From Girardia tigrina (lineage: Eukaryota): a stretch of DNA of 64,000 bases. The stretch's first letter is position 1, and each line of letters begins with the position of its first letter. The DNA lies in the NCBI GenBank assembly GCA_001938485.1, contig MQRK01192830.1, forward strand, positions 1-64,000, written 5' to 3'. Positions 39,767 to 53,156 of this stretch are shown in pieces. The position numbers and the translations under genes were made by a program. Under the pieces are notes generated by a model, which did no database searches, was not told where the DNA came from, and saw only the letters and a program-made list of their open reading frames with translations.

Positions 39767-40735
39767 TTACCACGTTTTTATTAGCTTGCTTTCTTGTCTG
39801 TTTGTCTGTCTGGAACAAATCTTGCGATTGATTTTTCGACCACTTTCAGTCATCCAATTGAGCTGAATGTTTATATACAGGCTTGCTTCAGATGACAATA
39901 CAATTTGATAAAAAAATTTTGAAAAAAAATAATTTTTTCTAATTTTTTTTGCAAAAAACCACTTACGGTTATCTACAAATTTATACACTGTATTAGATAG
40001 CAATCTTTTCGTTTATTTTCATGAATTAAGTTCAAATTACCAAATAATTTTATTTTGGAGATTGAAATTTTTCCAAAATATTTTTAATTTCATTTTTATA
40101 GGCCATTTTGGCAAAATAATTTCTTTTCCATCTTTTTTTACCACCTTTTTCTTAGCTTGGTTTCTTGTCTGTTTGTCTGTCTGGAACAAATCTTGCGATT
40201 GATTTTTCGACCACTTTCAGTCATCCAATTGAGCTGAATTTTTTTATACAGGCTTGCTTCCGATGACAATACAATATTTTAAATCATTTACTTTACGGAT
40301 GTACAGAAAAAATTAATAAATTGAACAAATATTGTGAAAATCAAGTGATAATTAAGTGTAGAAGTATTAAAATTAGGTTTAAAAATTATTTTGAAATAAA
40401 ACTNNNNNNNNNNNNNNNNNNNNNNNNNNNNNNNNNNNNNNNNNNNNNNNNNNNNNNNNNNNNNNNNNNNNNNNNNNNNNNNNNNNNNNNNNNNNNNNNN
40501 NNNNNNNAATAATATTATTAATAAAAAAAAATTTTATAAAAACAACCACGTTTTTCAAGTATTACCAATGCACTAAAAAGAGGAAAATAATTTTTTTTCT
40601 AGACATGTGCGAAATTTTATACCTAACCAAAAACGTGGGGCATAGAAATGATCGATTGTTACTAAAAAGCAGTAAAGAGGAAATAGCAGTTACTAATAGC
40701 AGTAATTCAGAAATCCGCCCCACGTTTTTGTTAAT
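39767..40735 (-). repeat. rearranged partial duplicates of the gag region at 42386-42953 (direct and inverted)
   Basis: 39767-40025 and 40153-40275 match 42386-42685. 40508-40600 is an inverted copy of 42862-42953. 40590-40712 matches 42745-42865. Confidence 0.85.
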
Positions 40736-40975
40736 CTATCATTGATGATTTTTAAGAATCATTAAATCATTTTTTTATTTTTCTCCAATTATTACTATTT
40801 ATGTTATGGATTAAAACAAGCAATACTTTGTTTATAAAAATTTTAATGAATAATTTTATATATTTTGATATTTTGCACTATTTTTAATGTTTTTACTTCA
40901 AGGGAATGCTAGAATAATAATTAATTTAATCTTTAAAATAAAATCCAATAAATCTTAAAAGTATTATTATTTTAG

Positions 40976-41055
40976 TCTGTAACTTTATGGTCCATGAACG
41001 CTGTCTGCCAAATGTTGTATCGTATTGCAGTACTGTGGCTGTGTCTCTTGTTACG
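40976..41055 (+). CDS. DGKQ: diacylglycerol kinase theta, internal exon (end of first C1 domain)
   Basis: ttattttag| ... |gtaagt; 80 nt, phase 1 to 0; (V)CNFMVHERCLPNVVSYCSTVAVSLVT. Joins in frame to the exon at 56096. Confidence 0.85.
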
Positions 41056-41311
41056 GTAAGTTTTATTTTGTATTAATAGTAATTTTCTAAAGATTCTTAA
41101 AAAATACACGAAACTCTATTTATTCTGTAATAAGTTACGAATTCAACATAAACAATAATACATAAACAACTAGGAAATCTTCAAGGTCAAAAATTAAACT
41201 TTAATCAAAAGAAACAAATATTTTAATACGTAATAAAAATACCATAAATATAATAATAATGATTTCTGTGACTTTTAAAATCAATAGTAAAAATCAGTTT
41301 AGAAGATAGTT

Positions 41312-43670
41312 TTACTCTGATAAACTGATTTTTACAGCTCCCATTAGAATATCATCTTGGTAAATAATGACTGCAGATAAATCACCAATGAGATGTTCCA
41401 TGGTCTTTTGAAAGATGGCTGATGCGGATTTCATACCATAAGGTAAACGATTGAATTGGTAAAGACCTAAGGGTGTATTGATGGTCGTAATTGGTTTGGA
41501 TAATTCATCCAGTGGCACTTGCCAGTAGACAGCAGACAAGTCAAGTTTAGCAAATTTTTACATTCGAGACATTTTACTTAGAGATAATTCAACATTAGGA
41601 ATTGGGTACGACTCATAACAGAATCGGCTGTTTATTCCCATTTTATAGTCACCACAAATCCTAACAGATCCACCAGACTTCTGATGACTACAATTGGAGA
41701 TGCCCATTCGGAACCACCTTCAACTCTGGAGATGATTCCACCCTTCTCCATTTCCAATAGTTCGTTCATTGTCAAAGACTGAATATGAATTGGAAGATTT
41801 CTAGTTTCAAAGTAACATGGGTGACTTCCATCTTTAACACGTATTCTGGCTTTGTAGAAATTGACTTGTCCAAGATTTTCGTACTTAACGTGATTGATAA
41901 CGACATTCGATTTTGACATATTGATAAGATCTGTGCCAATGAGTCCGTCAGCTTTATTATTCATAGTGATGATAAAATTTGTTCTCTATTTCAACTAAAG
42001 CTTCCATTTCTCCAATAATTTTCAACAGAGAACCATCGTACATCCTCAGTTTTTTCTCCGATTTCTTTAGATTTGGCTTTCCAATTTTCATCCAAAAATT
42101 TCATGGTAATATGGAAATAGAAGCTCCTGTATCCAATTGCATCGGAAGCACAGCATTATTAATGACCATTTTACAAAGTTCTCCTTTTCCATCAGTAAAA
42201 CATTTCTCATCCATTTTATTTTCTAATTTCAAGGAATGCGTTGGCTTTGACCGGCATTGAGAAGCAAAATGATTATTCTTCAGATATTTATTGCAGATTT
42301 TGCCTTATGCTGGACATTTTCTACGAGTGTGGATTTTTCAACAATATCCACATTGTTGTCCTGAACGGACCTGATTTTTTTGATTTTTACCACGTTTTTA
42401 TTAGCTTGCTTTCTTGTCTGTTTGTCTGTCTGGAACAAATCTTGCGATTGATTTTTCGACCACTTTCAGTCATCCAATTGAGCTGAATTTTTTATACTGG
42501 CTTGCTTCAGATGACAATACAATTTGATAAAGAACTTTTTGAAAAAAAATAATTTTTTCTAATTTTATTTGCAAAAAACCACTTACGATTATCTACAAAT
42601 TTATACACTGTATTAAATAGCAATCTTTTCGTTTATTTTCATGGATGAAGTTTTATACAGGCTTGCTTCCGATGACAATACAATTTGATAAAAAAAATTT
42701 TGAAAAAAAGTCCTAAATGATAACTAAAAATAGTTAAATAATAATTTTTTTTCTAGACATGTGCGAAATTTTATACCTAACCAAAAACGTGGGGCATAGA
42801 AATGATCGATTGTTACTAAAAAGCAGTAAAGAGGAAATAGCAGTTACTATAGCAGTAATTCAGAAAAAAATTATTTTCCTCTTTTTAGTGCATTGGTAAT
42901 GCTTGAAAAACGTGGTTGTTTTTATAAAAAATTTTTTTATTAATAATATTATTGTCTATATAGTCAACATTCACGTTATTTTTGTCTTCCATAAAGATTT
43001 TGATTTGTTCTTGATTTTGAATAAAATCCACAGTTGTTCTAACATACATCTCCTTAATCTGATTTGCCTGTAACACTGTTAGTTTCATTTCTGATGAATG
43101 TAAACCGGAAAAGAACTTCAAAAGTAGCATGTCATCTTCTCCATTCATTTTATGGAATTTGCAAAAAAAATTTGAATAGTAAATATTAATAGGTTCATCA
43201 GGCATTTGAACAGTTTCCAAAAATCGTGTTCTTTCAGCAATTAATAATCTCACTTTGGGAGCAATATAATCCAATATACAAATTCTATTTCTTCATATCT
43301 GGCTTCCGATAAAATCCTTGGATGTATTAAACTTTTGATTTTTTAGAGCCGTCATTCCACATTCTGTCATAAATAAATCCGCCTGAGAATTTCTATCTTC
43401 TTTATCGCTGACATTCTTTATTCTGTATTTTGCTTCAAAAGATGATATCCATAATTCCGCGTCTTCCGAGTCATCCAGGTTCAGATCAATCATCGTCGCC
43501 ATTGATAAGTCATTAAGTATTGAACAACAAGACTAAAATAGACAAGTAGTAAATTATTTAAACTGAGAGCTTTATCACACGCATTTAAACAATTAACATT
43601 TATTTATAATTCATACATATATAACGATTGGGTTTTTCCCAATTACATAAAAGTAATATGTTTATGATCA
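41312..43670 (-). mobile_element. Ty3/Gypsy Mag-type retrotransposon, 3'-truncated (LTR, PBS, gag, PR, RT)
   Basis: LTR end ...cttatCA-a-TGGCGACGA (43503/43501). Gag knuckles CGYC*KIH..KCPA*GKIC..NHFASQC, protease MQLDTGAS, RT SEWASPIV, FNRLPYG and YQDDIL. LTR outer end uncertain. Confidence 0.9.
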
Positions 43671-45348
43671 GTTCTTAATAAAAATCTTTTACCGTATAAA
43701 AAGTGTTTAAAATTTTGCGTAAAATAATAAATTACAAGCAGCTCTTTCCTCGTAACACAATATCCAATATGTATATTAATGTCTTACGAACAAGCCTCGA
43801 TTGCAGAGAAAACCCGAGATAAAAACGTTATATAATACTTTTTTTCAATTTCAATAGGATAAGAAAAGGATATGGAATTTACATATTCAAGATAGAATTT
43901 GTAATTTATAACTTTTTATTCATTAATATTACTAAATATGTATTATAAAAACAAAACAATAAATCTAATATTCAAATATATTGGTAACACTAATAATAAC
44001 GACTCCGCCCATAATTAAACTAAGGAATTAAATTAATATTTGTAAATAATTATTATAAAAATCATGTATTGCATAAAAATATTTAACTTCGTTAAATTAA
44101 TAAACATTAAACAAGCAAAATTGTTGTTGTTTTATTATTTTTATTATACAAAACAATAAAAAATTGAAAAATAGTTATTGTGAACAAATTGGGAAAATAC
44201 ATACACTCATGAATATAAATAAAACATGTATTGTGTTCGGAATTCAGATTTAAATTGTTATAACAATATTATTATCGTTATTATACCGAATACTTCCTTC
44301 CTCTACCCGATCAGATCAACAAATTATTCGCATGTAAATTCAAATTGAGAACATTATCATTGGTTTTAAATGACAATCTCTGTTCCTGCATATCCTCAGG
44401 TTGCCCTAAATACCACTCTGTGGTAGCAGAGTATTCAATAATAAAAATTTTGTTTCAATAATAAATCATAATTTGAGTCAATTTTTCTTATCGAATCAAT
44501 ACCCAGGTTGCCCTGAAGACCGGTCGGTGGTAGCAGAAGCGCTCAGGAACTCCGTCTTGTTATGAGTAAACTCTGTACTGGGCCCATTTGTTGATAATAA
44601 ATCACAATCGATTTTTAGTATAAAAAGTAATTTTACAATGATTATTCGTACAGAAACTCAGGAGAGTACGGCACCCAAGACCATTATTAAATTTATAATT
44701 TGAATATGATTCTCTTGCTTGAGAAAGCTCATCTTTAACTTGTTTGCATGTCAACTCAATGTAGCAAAATTGTTTTGAACAATAACAAAAAGTTTAATTA
44801 ATAATAATAATTCAAACTAAGTTTAACTCAGTATTGAATTAAAAAAATTATTTAATATTTATTTTCTTTAATATTTAACTTTTTACTTTTATTTAAAATT
44901 TATTTAGTTTTAAATTAAAATTTTTTTACATATTACTACACATATCAATCTAAATAATCAAAGCGAATAAAAATTATCACAGATTGTCATTCAAATTTCG
45001 ATAAATGTCTTCAGATTGATACTCAAAGTTCGGAAAGAGGCATGGAGAGGTATGGAATTCAAGTATAAATAATAATAAAGATAATATAAATTATGATAAT
45101 ATTTGAATCCCGAACTTCGGCCATAAAGTTTTTAATTTCGAGTCAAAAAATATCCCATATAGAGAAAATGCCGAATTGTCATTAATCCAGAATTATAAAA
45201 TTAAAAAAGTGATTTTCATCACAAAAAATATTCCATTTTCACTCTGATTTTAAACAATCAGAGCGAGTATTTCTCTATATTATAGAGATGTAAAATTAGT
45301 TTTATTGTGTTATAGAGTCTATAACATTTAAATCCGGCCAATTACGAC

Positions 45349-45560
45349 TGTGAGGAATGTTTTGGATTGTTTGTTGATATTGTGCATGTGGTATGTTGAT
45401 TCGGATTGTGTCTCTACTACCCAGAAGGATGATTGGTATTTTCTTTGATTCCTACTAATTAAAAATAATATAATTTAATTTTAAAGTAAAAAGATTTAAA
45501 ATAGTTTTTGAATGTAATTTTTAATTTTTAATGTAATTTAAAATTTAAATGTATTAATTT
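45349..45560 (+). mobile_element. diverged LTR of the TG...TA group (5' part)
   Basis: Starts tgtgaggaat and has the core gtgtctctactacccagaagg ~60 bp in. 3' end not resolved. Confidence 0.55.
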
Positions 45561-46280
45561 AATGTATATGAGGGGTTAGTTTAAATTTTCGATTCGCTGA
45601 ATAAATAAATGTTTTTAATTTAAAAATTTTGCAAAAATTAAATAATAAAAAAAACATAGTTTAAAATCAAAACAACTTAAAAGTTGATATATTTCAGTTG
45701 AAAGTTTTAAAATAACAATTTTAAAAGAAATAATACAATAAATAAAAGTTTTTGTATAAATTTATATATCAAGCTGCTAAAAAAGTTTTTACGAAATTAA
45801 ATAGTTTTTTACAAATTAATTTTAAAATTAGATGTTTATAAATGTAAAATTAGTTTTATTGTGTTTAGAATATTTTTAAAAAATACATAATAAAGACTTA
45901 GTTTAAATAAAATTTTCAACAAATAAAATGCATTTAATAATAAATATTTTTAGAATTTTATAAGTTGATTGCATCTTATTTAAATGAAATAAATTGATTT
46001 TATGAGTGGTGAGGTTTTATAAAAGCATTCTAAAAATAATAATAAAGTTTTACTTAAAAAGGAAAGTTCAAAAATATGTTATCGAATATAATAAATTATT
46101 TTTAAAGTTTTTACAATTTATTGGATTTAATTTAATGGAATAAATTAATTTTATTTTTCATATAATTTTAAAAATTCATTTTAAAAATAATAAAAATTTT
46201 AAATAGTAAAATGTCAAAAATAAGTTATAGAATATAATAAATTATGTTTTTTTACAAATTGAAAGTAAAATAAAATTTAT

Positions 46281-46435
46281 GAGACCAAATGGTTCGTTCA
46301 TCCACGTTCATTTATCCCGCCTTCGTTCATCCAAAACCTGTTCGACCCGCGTTCGATCATCTCCGTTCGTTCATCCTGCGTTCGTTCATCCCGAATTTTT
46401 TTGTTCGTTCATCCCAAATTTATTTTAAAGGATGA
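46281..46435. repeat. tandem gttcgttcatcc array, probably a MULE/foldback-type terminus
   Basis: About seven degenerate ttcgttcatcc units. Confidence 0.55.
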
Positions 46436-46454
46436 GCTTTGGTAGATTTACCTT

Positions 46455-47150
46455 TTTTGGTTTTTTTAATTTATTTTTTTTCTTTTTTCTTTTTTTGTGT
46501 AAGATAACATATAAGCATGACATTTAAATACAAAATAGTTACACACATACTTCCTAGAATTTAATTGAAAAAACTTATTTATCTTATCAAAGAAAGTGAA
46601 GTTTAGCAGAGTAAAAAAGTGAGCAGATAGAAGTGTTTGGTATAGGGAAAGATTATATTTAATTAATTTTTTCCAACATTTGAATTTTTCTATATTCTCT
46701 GATTCCTATGTGAACTTAACTATTCAGTATATTAATCGAAAGGTTAAATCTATGTTAGTAGTTGAATTATTAAGAATAAAAAAGAGTTAAGAAGTGTATG
46801 TTCAATCTACAGATTCGGCTCAATAAACGTTAAATAGGGTATAGGTTAAGGTCAATGGGCTTATTTAAATAATTCTTTTTATATTTTCTTTTTTTGTGTG
46901 AAGTTTTATTAGATTATTATTAAAAATAGATAAAAATTAAAAACAGATAAGTTTTTAAAAAGCACTTGTAGTGCTATGATTGAAATATTAAAGTCTGACA
47001 AAAAGTTGCTTAAATTATGCAGTTTTTAATTTGTTTTAACAAAAAGATTATTAAAACGTTTGAACAAAGTTGCAGCAATTTAGTTTAGAAACTATCTTTT
47101 TTATTTTCAAATACAATAAAAATTAAATTAAATTTAAACCATCGACATTA
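46455..47150 (-). mobile_element. possible LINE 3' end, highly degraded
   Basis: A-rich tail on minus at 46455-46500 and a weak AESVD zinc-binding-like remnant. Confidence 0.3.
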
Positions 47151-48428
47151 TTATTATAAATAAAAATATGAATTATGTTTTCTATTTTTAATTAATTTAT
47201 TTTTCCTTTTCAGATTTATTTATTATTAAAATTAAAATTACGATTTAATATAAAAATACAATTTCAAAATTATTTCATTCATTTAAACCAAAATCTTTAA
47301 CAACACTCAAAAACGTTTCTAACTTAGTGAACACGAAAAGTAAAAATTTTTAGGAAATAAAAACATATGAAATAGGCAAAGATCGAAATATCGTTTATTT
47401 TATGTCTAAGGTAATATAAAAATGAATTACACATGGGAAATACGTTTCCATTAATTTTTAGTTTGATTATCCTGTAGGAAATATCTGGAGAGAAATTTAT
47501 CTTCTGATTGATCAATTGTGATTTGCATTTGGTAAAAACAGTGCTCTATTCTGCTTTGATGTATTCTTTTTCTTATCAGATTTAATTTATAATTTTTTTT
47601 GACAAATTTGAACTCTGTAACTCAATAAATCCCGTTTTTTTTCAAATGCAATATTAATTGAAACATTTAATCTTCATTTTCATTTAAAATTATCACGCAT
47701 CATTTACAGTCTGGTTTTTTTCGGACATTTTTATTTTTTCCCGGCTAGATAATTAAAGATAAATTTAGAATTTTTACTTTTGTAAATGAGAAATATTGTT
47801 TTCAAAAATGACGCATTTTCACCAATATTTTGCTCGGGTCGTATAATTATTCGAAAAATTTCGATGTCTTTACATTTTTTAATGTAAATAAACTGCTTTT
47901 AGAGACGAAATAAACTTTTAGTAAGGACACCGTATTTTTGAGTATATAACTGAAATCAATGTGCCCTGGTAATAAATATATTTATTTGATTATCTCAAAC
48001 CTAAAAATCTAGTTCCGCATCAAACTTCCACAAATTGTATCCCTCAAATTCGTAATTACAGATATTCTACATACATAATTCGAAACCAAATCAGGAAGTC
48101 GTCAAAAATATTTCTATGTTCAGATCCTTTTATTAGTTATGCCAATATCTGTAGTCATTAATATATTAAAATAAAATCAAAAAGTATATTTAAATCACAC
48201 TAAATTAGAAAAATTTAGTAGTAAGCTCACCGAATCTCGATATTGCAAATGATTCAAATCTATTACAATTTCTTAAAATATTTCTTAAAAATCGGATTTT
48301 CACTTTTTTTTATTTTACCTGCACTTTTATTTATTTTACAAATTATTCATTTTTATTCCTTTTGTTTCAATGTATAATTTTATTAATTAGATCTATTTTT
48401 CAATTCTTAAATAAAAAATCTTACTTTT

Positions 48429-48864
48429 TATAAAGAACACCAATTTGACTTTTCATATTTTTATTAACACAACAGGTTTGATTGTCCTTAAGACAATCTT
48501 TGTTAAAGCTTTCGTACGAGTGCATTCTAACTAAATTGATTAATAACTTAATTCTTATTATTTTTAGCAAATGGAGAAAAAATAATTTATTAAAATATTT
48601 ACTCAAAACTTAATGGATAAAAATTAAAATGATTATTAATTATTTTAAAAATTTTAATTCGTTATTTTATTAAAAATTGTAAAAATTAATAAACTAATTT
48701 CAAATTTTACAATTATTTTAAATTAGAAATAAATTTAAACATTACATATTTTTAGATAATAAGAATTCAAATAATAATCATCCATCTGGATAGGAAAGAC
48801 ACAGTTCTAAATCAACATACAACATTTAAACACAAAACATCAAACATTCAAAATATTCCTTACA
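48429..48864 (-). mobile_element. solo LTR of the 1015-2427 Gypsy element
   Basis: Aligns over its full length to 2018-2427. TSD CTTTT/CTTTA; ends TG...TA. Confidence 0.9.
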
Positions 48865-49334
48865 CTTTAAAAATACCTTTTTAAAATATTTACCTAAGTT
48901 ATCTTAATGCTTAATAATAAAAATGTATTTTTCAACTTTTTAATTTAAAATTATTAATTCAGACTTTTTAAATATATAGGGTATTTATTTTTTACTCAAA
49001 AATAGAAATAGATTTATTAATTTTTTCATTTAAAAATATTCGTTTTACATTTTAATCACGCATTTGTGTTTTTAATTATACACCTCTATTTCTTTATTTT
49101 TCTTTTCAAAATTCTTACTTCTGAATTATAATAACATTTTACTTATATAAAAATATTTTATTTAACCTCACTTTTAATATGAATTTTAAATTTTGCTACT
49201 ATTTAATTATAATTTTCCGAACTAATCCTCATCATTCTTATTTGAATTCAATCGAACTTATGAGACATTTAAAAGATATTAAGTTGGCGAATATTTTTCA
49301 AAGATAATTTTGTTCCTGTGTAGTTTAATGTAAA

Positions 49335-49784
49335 TATTAACAACATCACAATTTGAATGCAAACATTTATTTACAACACAAACAGATTCTTCACAACAAT
49401 TTTCAGAAGTCATCTTTCTTTGATTGATATAGCTTTTGATTAACTATTCAAATATGAAAAAATCAATGAATGAGAAATTTTAATATTACATTTTAATTTC
49501 TCATAATTTAATTGGATAAAAAGACATTATGTAATTTTTTAAATAAACATTAATTTTTAAAATATATTAAATTTACTAAGTTAAAATCGTTTACTGAAAA
49601 TATTATTAAAATTCATAATTATCAAACTTTAATTAATTAGTACTTAAAATTAATATCATTAAATTAATTTCATTAGATTCAAATAATCAATCAATAAACA
49701 TATCAATCCCATCTGAGTAGGAGAGTCACAAATCTAAACAGCATACAATCAACAAACTTGCAACATTCCAAATTATTCCTCACA
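49335..49784 (-). mobile_element. solo LTR (TG...TA family)
   Basis: Perfect TSD GTAAA; near-identical to 3628-4075. Confidence 0.92.
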
Positions 49785-49947
49785 GTAAATATTTACAAAC
49801 TTAAAAACTTCAAAATTTCTAGAATTGGGCCTGAGCACCATTGTTAAAAAATATAAAATTGATAAAATTTCACCCATGGCGGCATACCACAACAAAATTA
49901 TTGTATCGTGCCGTTTATGTTCCCTCAAAATGCAGCGCAAGGTTTTG

Positions 49948-52138
49948 CAGGGCTGCGTTAAAGACAAAATCGTGGTCCCTAAAAAACACATAAACGCACA
50001 AAGAAGAAAGAAATAAACAGAATTTATTAATTTTCCACTCAGCAATTAAAAAATTTAATTTTATGCAGCAATTATTTTTAAAGGATTTTTCTTGCTTTCT
50101 TCTTGGTGAAGTCTTCAATCACTTCGCCGTAATTGATGCACTTTCCAACCTCTTTTTCAAAGCGTTCCTGAGTGATACTTGAATGAAGGCTTTTTTATAA
50201 ACCTTGAGAAGCTCCAATCGGTTGAAGCCACAGTGACTAATGTTGTCAGCAATATTCGAAGAACAATTAATAAGTTTAAATAGGCTTCAAATAGGTGGTT
50301 TTTTATGATATAAGTTATTACCTCCAAACTTGTACATTTTTTTCAGGAATAACAGGCTTAAACATGTTCATCTCTTCAAATATATCTAATCCGGCTACAT
50401 CCCCTTCGAAATACACATGGAAATCTTGGTAAAATTCGAATAATTCATTTTCGTTCAGATTTACAAATATACTATTATATGGGCCTCCCATTTCTTTCAA
50501 GAATGATATTGAGCCTATAGGGTCTTTATATGGTTCACTCAAATCGAATAAGTCTATAAGCTCCCCGATAGGTCTCCTATGGGGACGTCAGCCTTTCGCT
50601 TCCGTGCACCAATCAGAAACGAACAGTCATGGGTAGTATTCCCATGATTCTGCATCCCTTTGACCGTGTACGTGGACTTTACGCATCCGCGAAACGGGCA
50701 TCTCAAGGTTCCTCCACAGTTAGATCTGTAAGGCGGTAGTCCAGATGGGTTTCTAAAGGACTCGTTTCTGACTCTCCTATCAAATCAGCATTCGGATCGA
50801 CGATTGGTACTTGAGTTGCGTTATCTTCTGGTATCGCGTTCAGTGGTAGATTCCCTTCTTCTGATTGTCTGGACTGACTGGTTCTGCTCGGAAAAATTTT
50901 GATTAATTGTTCTTATTCAATTTTGTGAAATGTTTGTAGAAGTCTGATGAGCCATCTTTCGGCATAGATGGCAATCGAATCCCTTCGACTCTTCTTCTTG
51001 AGGGACTCTTGGTCTTTGATCTTGTTTCTCGTGTCGATTCAATTCTGTCTGCTCCGCGAATTCCCTGAAATAAGATTCGTATGAACATTGAAACAGTTTG
51101 ATCCGCGGTCTGATAAGTTTTGGCATGTCTTATGAACTCCGCCCAATCATTCGCCTCTCGCATATTATTGAGTCGATCCTATCTTTCATCTTGAGTTGAG
51201 CGCTTTCCTGCTGAATTAATTTTAAAAAATAATCAAAGGAAGTGGTTTCTCCAAAAAGCCATTCCGTCTAGACTCTCAGACATTCTTTGATTTGTTGCTT
51301 CTTTCTTTCTGAGATTTTCTTACCATCTGTCATTGAGGATTCAATGACTCTTTTCAGGGTCATCGGTCCATTGTCAGTAGCTAAGAGAGCGTGGAACGGG
51401 AGCCGTTTCTTAGTTAGAATGTCCATTGAGGTAACCAAATTGTGATGGTTACCATGATTGTGTAGGCTCTGCAGTTTCTTTACCAGTGTGTCGGTAGTTC
51501 TCCAATTTTCACACTCATAGTATACTACAGGTAGTATACAACTCTCAATCAATTTTCGCTTGCTTCGGATTGTTAATTTTGGACACTTTAGGATGGGTAT
51601 CAAAGTTCGTAGCTTGCCGTACCTTTTCCTTATTCTCTCTCTGATATCTGCCTCACAAGTTTCGTAAGAAGATATTATTGAACCAAGGTAACTGAACTCG
51701 GTAACCCATTCGATTCTAGACATCATCTCGCAACCTACTGTTTGTATTTTCGAGTCACCATTTAGATTCATAATCTTGGTCTTTTTTATGTTGATTTTTA
51801 GACCAAGTTCCTAGAACACTCCGTTTAGAATACGTAGATTTCTTGTTAACTCATTATAGTCTTTGTCAATGAAACAAAGGTCTTCTGAGTTTACGCTCCA
51901 ACAGAGTCTGGATATACCATAGAAGAGAGACGAAACTTCTATGAGAAACTAAACGAGTTAACGATAAAGATTTTTTTTTCATTACTAATAAAGCCTAAAT
52001 ACAGAAATTTGCTGCTCTGGATTCAGTCCTCAGGGGGCTATCAGGAAAAGATTCATACTAATTATTTCTATTGGCCGATAAGCAACTTAAAAAATAGTGG
52101 GGGCCCAATTTGCGTGCGGTACTTGAGGACATGCCCTT
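49948..52138 (-). mobile_element. hAT (ZMYM1/Tip100-like) remnant with a LINE inserted
   Basis: LLIVLRILLTTLVTVAST..SFS and DFTKKKARK at 50080-50500. CAGGG-like ends with gggccc-like subterminal motifs (weak). Confidence 0.6.
50554..51969 (-). mobile_element. RTE-like LINE, 5'-truncated, with C-terminal C2H2 fingers and an inverted endonuclease fragment (51889-51969, + strand)
   Basis: GLKINIKKTKIM, EFSYLGSII and ILPVVYYECENW; finger CPFRGC..MQNHGNTTH. Inverted VYAPTE...FYEKL. Confidence 0.85.
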
Positions 52139-52402
52139 GTTAGTGAAAATAAATTTTTTACTTAAAATTTATTGAAAAAATACTTAGCTTTTTTAATAAA
52201 AAAATAAATAGCGTGAAAATTTTTCTCATAATAATTTCCACAGTTTCAAATTAGGAAAGATTCAAATTGATCAGTTATGCCGACTCGGATATTTCCCGAG
52301 CGTCGAAATTTTGATGTGGATACCAGATTCTTTATAATGTTTCAGAAACATCTTTTTATATGGTTCTCTATTGAATGAGCCTTGAACTGGTGGATCTCCA
52401 TC

Positions 52403-52509
52403 TCTGGTTATAATAATAATAATAATAACTGGTTATCATAATAATAATAACTGGTTATAATAATAATAATAACTGGTTATAATAATAATAATAATAAATA
52501 ATAATAATA
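52403..52509 (+). repeat. compound microsatellite ctggtt(ata)n x4
   Basis: Direct reading of the sequence. Confidence 0.9.
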
Positions 52510-52940
52510 TTGTCTCATATTGTCCGACATGCCCACATTTGCAAGATGGACTGATGATTTATTGGGATTATAGTGTCAAATCAAATTAGATCGTTATGTT
52601 ATTATTTTCTCATATCAAACTTTTGCATTTTGATTGGGCATCTTTTTGTTAATAATTTCCTTTGAAATACTATATTTAGATATTTGGCTCGTTATTTTAT
52701 ATTCGATTTTAAATTAAAATTGATAATTAAAAAGTCATTAAATGAAATGTGAATTTTATTATCTCGAATTTCTTTATATTAGTTGGTAGATTGAAATTTA
52801 TTTTATTAACTTTTCAACTGGTTTCATATAAGTATCCTTTGGAAAATGAGTACAATTAAAATAGTCTGTAAAAGTTATATTCCATTTTTTGACATAGATA
52901 AAAAGGAAAAGAATGACTTTTACAAACATTTGAATTATTA

Positions 52941-53156
52941 CCCTAAGTTCTTGTCTATAAGCCGGACATGTGTATAAACTGGTTTCTCAAAATTATATAT
53001 ATTCTAAAAAAATTTTTTTATCTTAGATAAGCCGGACTCATGGATAAGCCGTAAAGTTTTTCGATTTCGAAACAATTTGATGTTCACTTTGTGATCAAAT
53101 AATTATCAGCTACTTTTGTAAGATTAACGCCGCGGCTTATAGACAAGAACTTAGGG
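52941..53156. mobile_element. pogo/Tigger-type MITE
   Basis: Perfect 24-bp TIR ccctaagttcttgtctataagccg with TA on both sides. Confidence 0.9.

Noticed and set aside
50944-50980. Hammerhead-like CTGATGA followed by a 7-bp stem gccatct/agatggc
   Set aside because: No GAAA after stem II; it is the antisense of LINE coding sequence.
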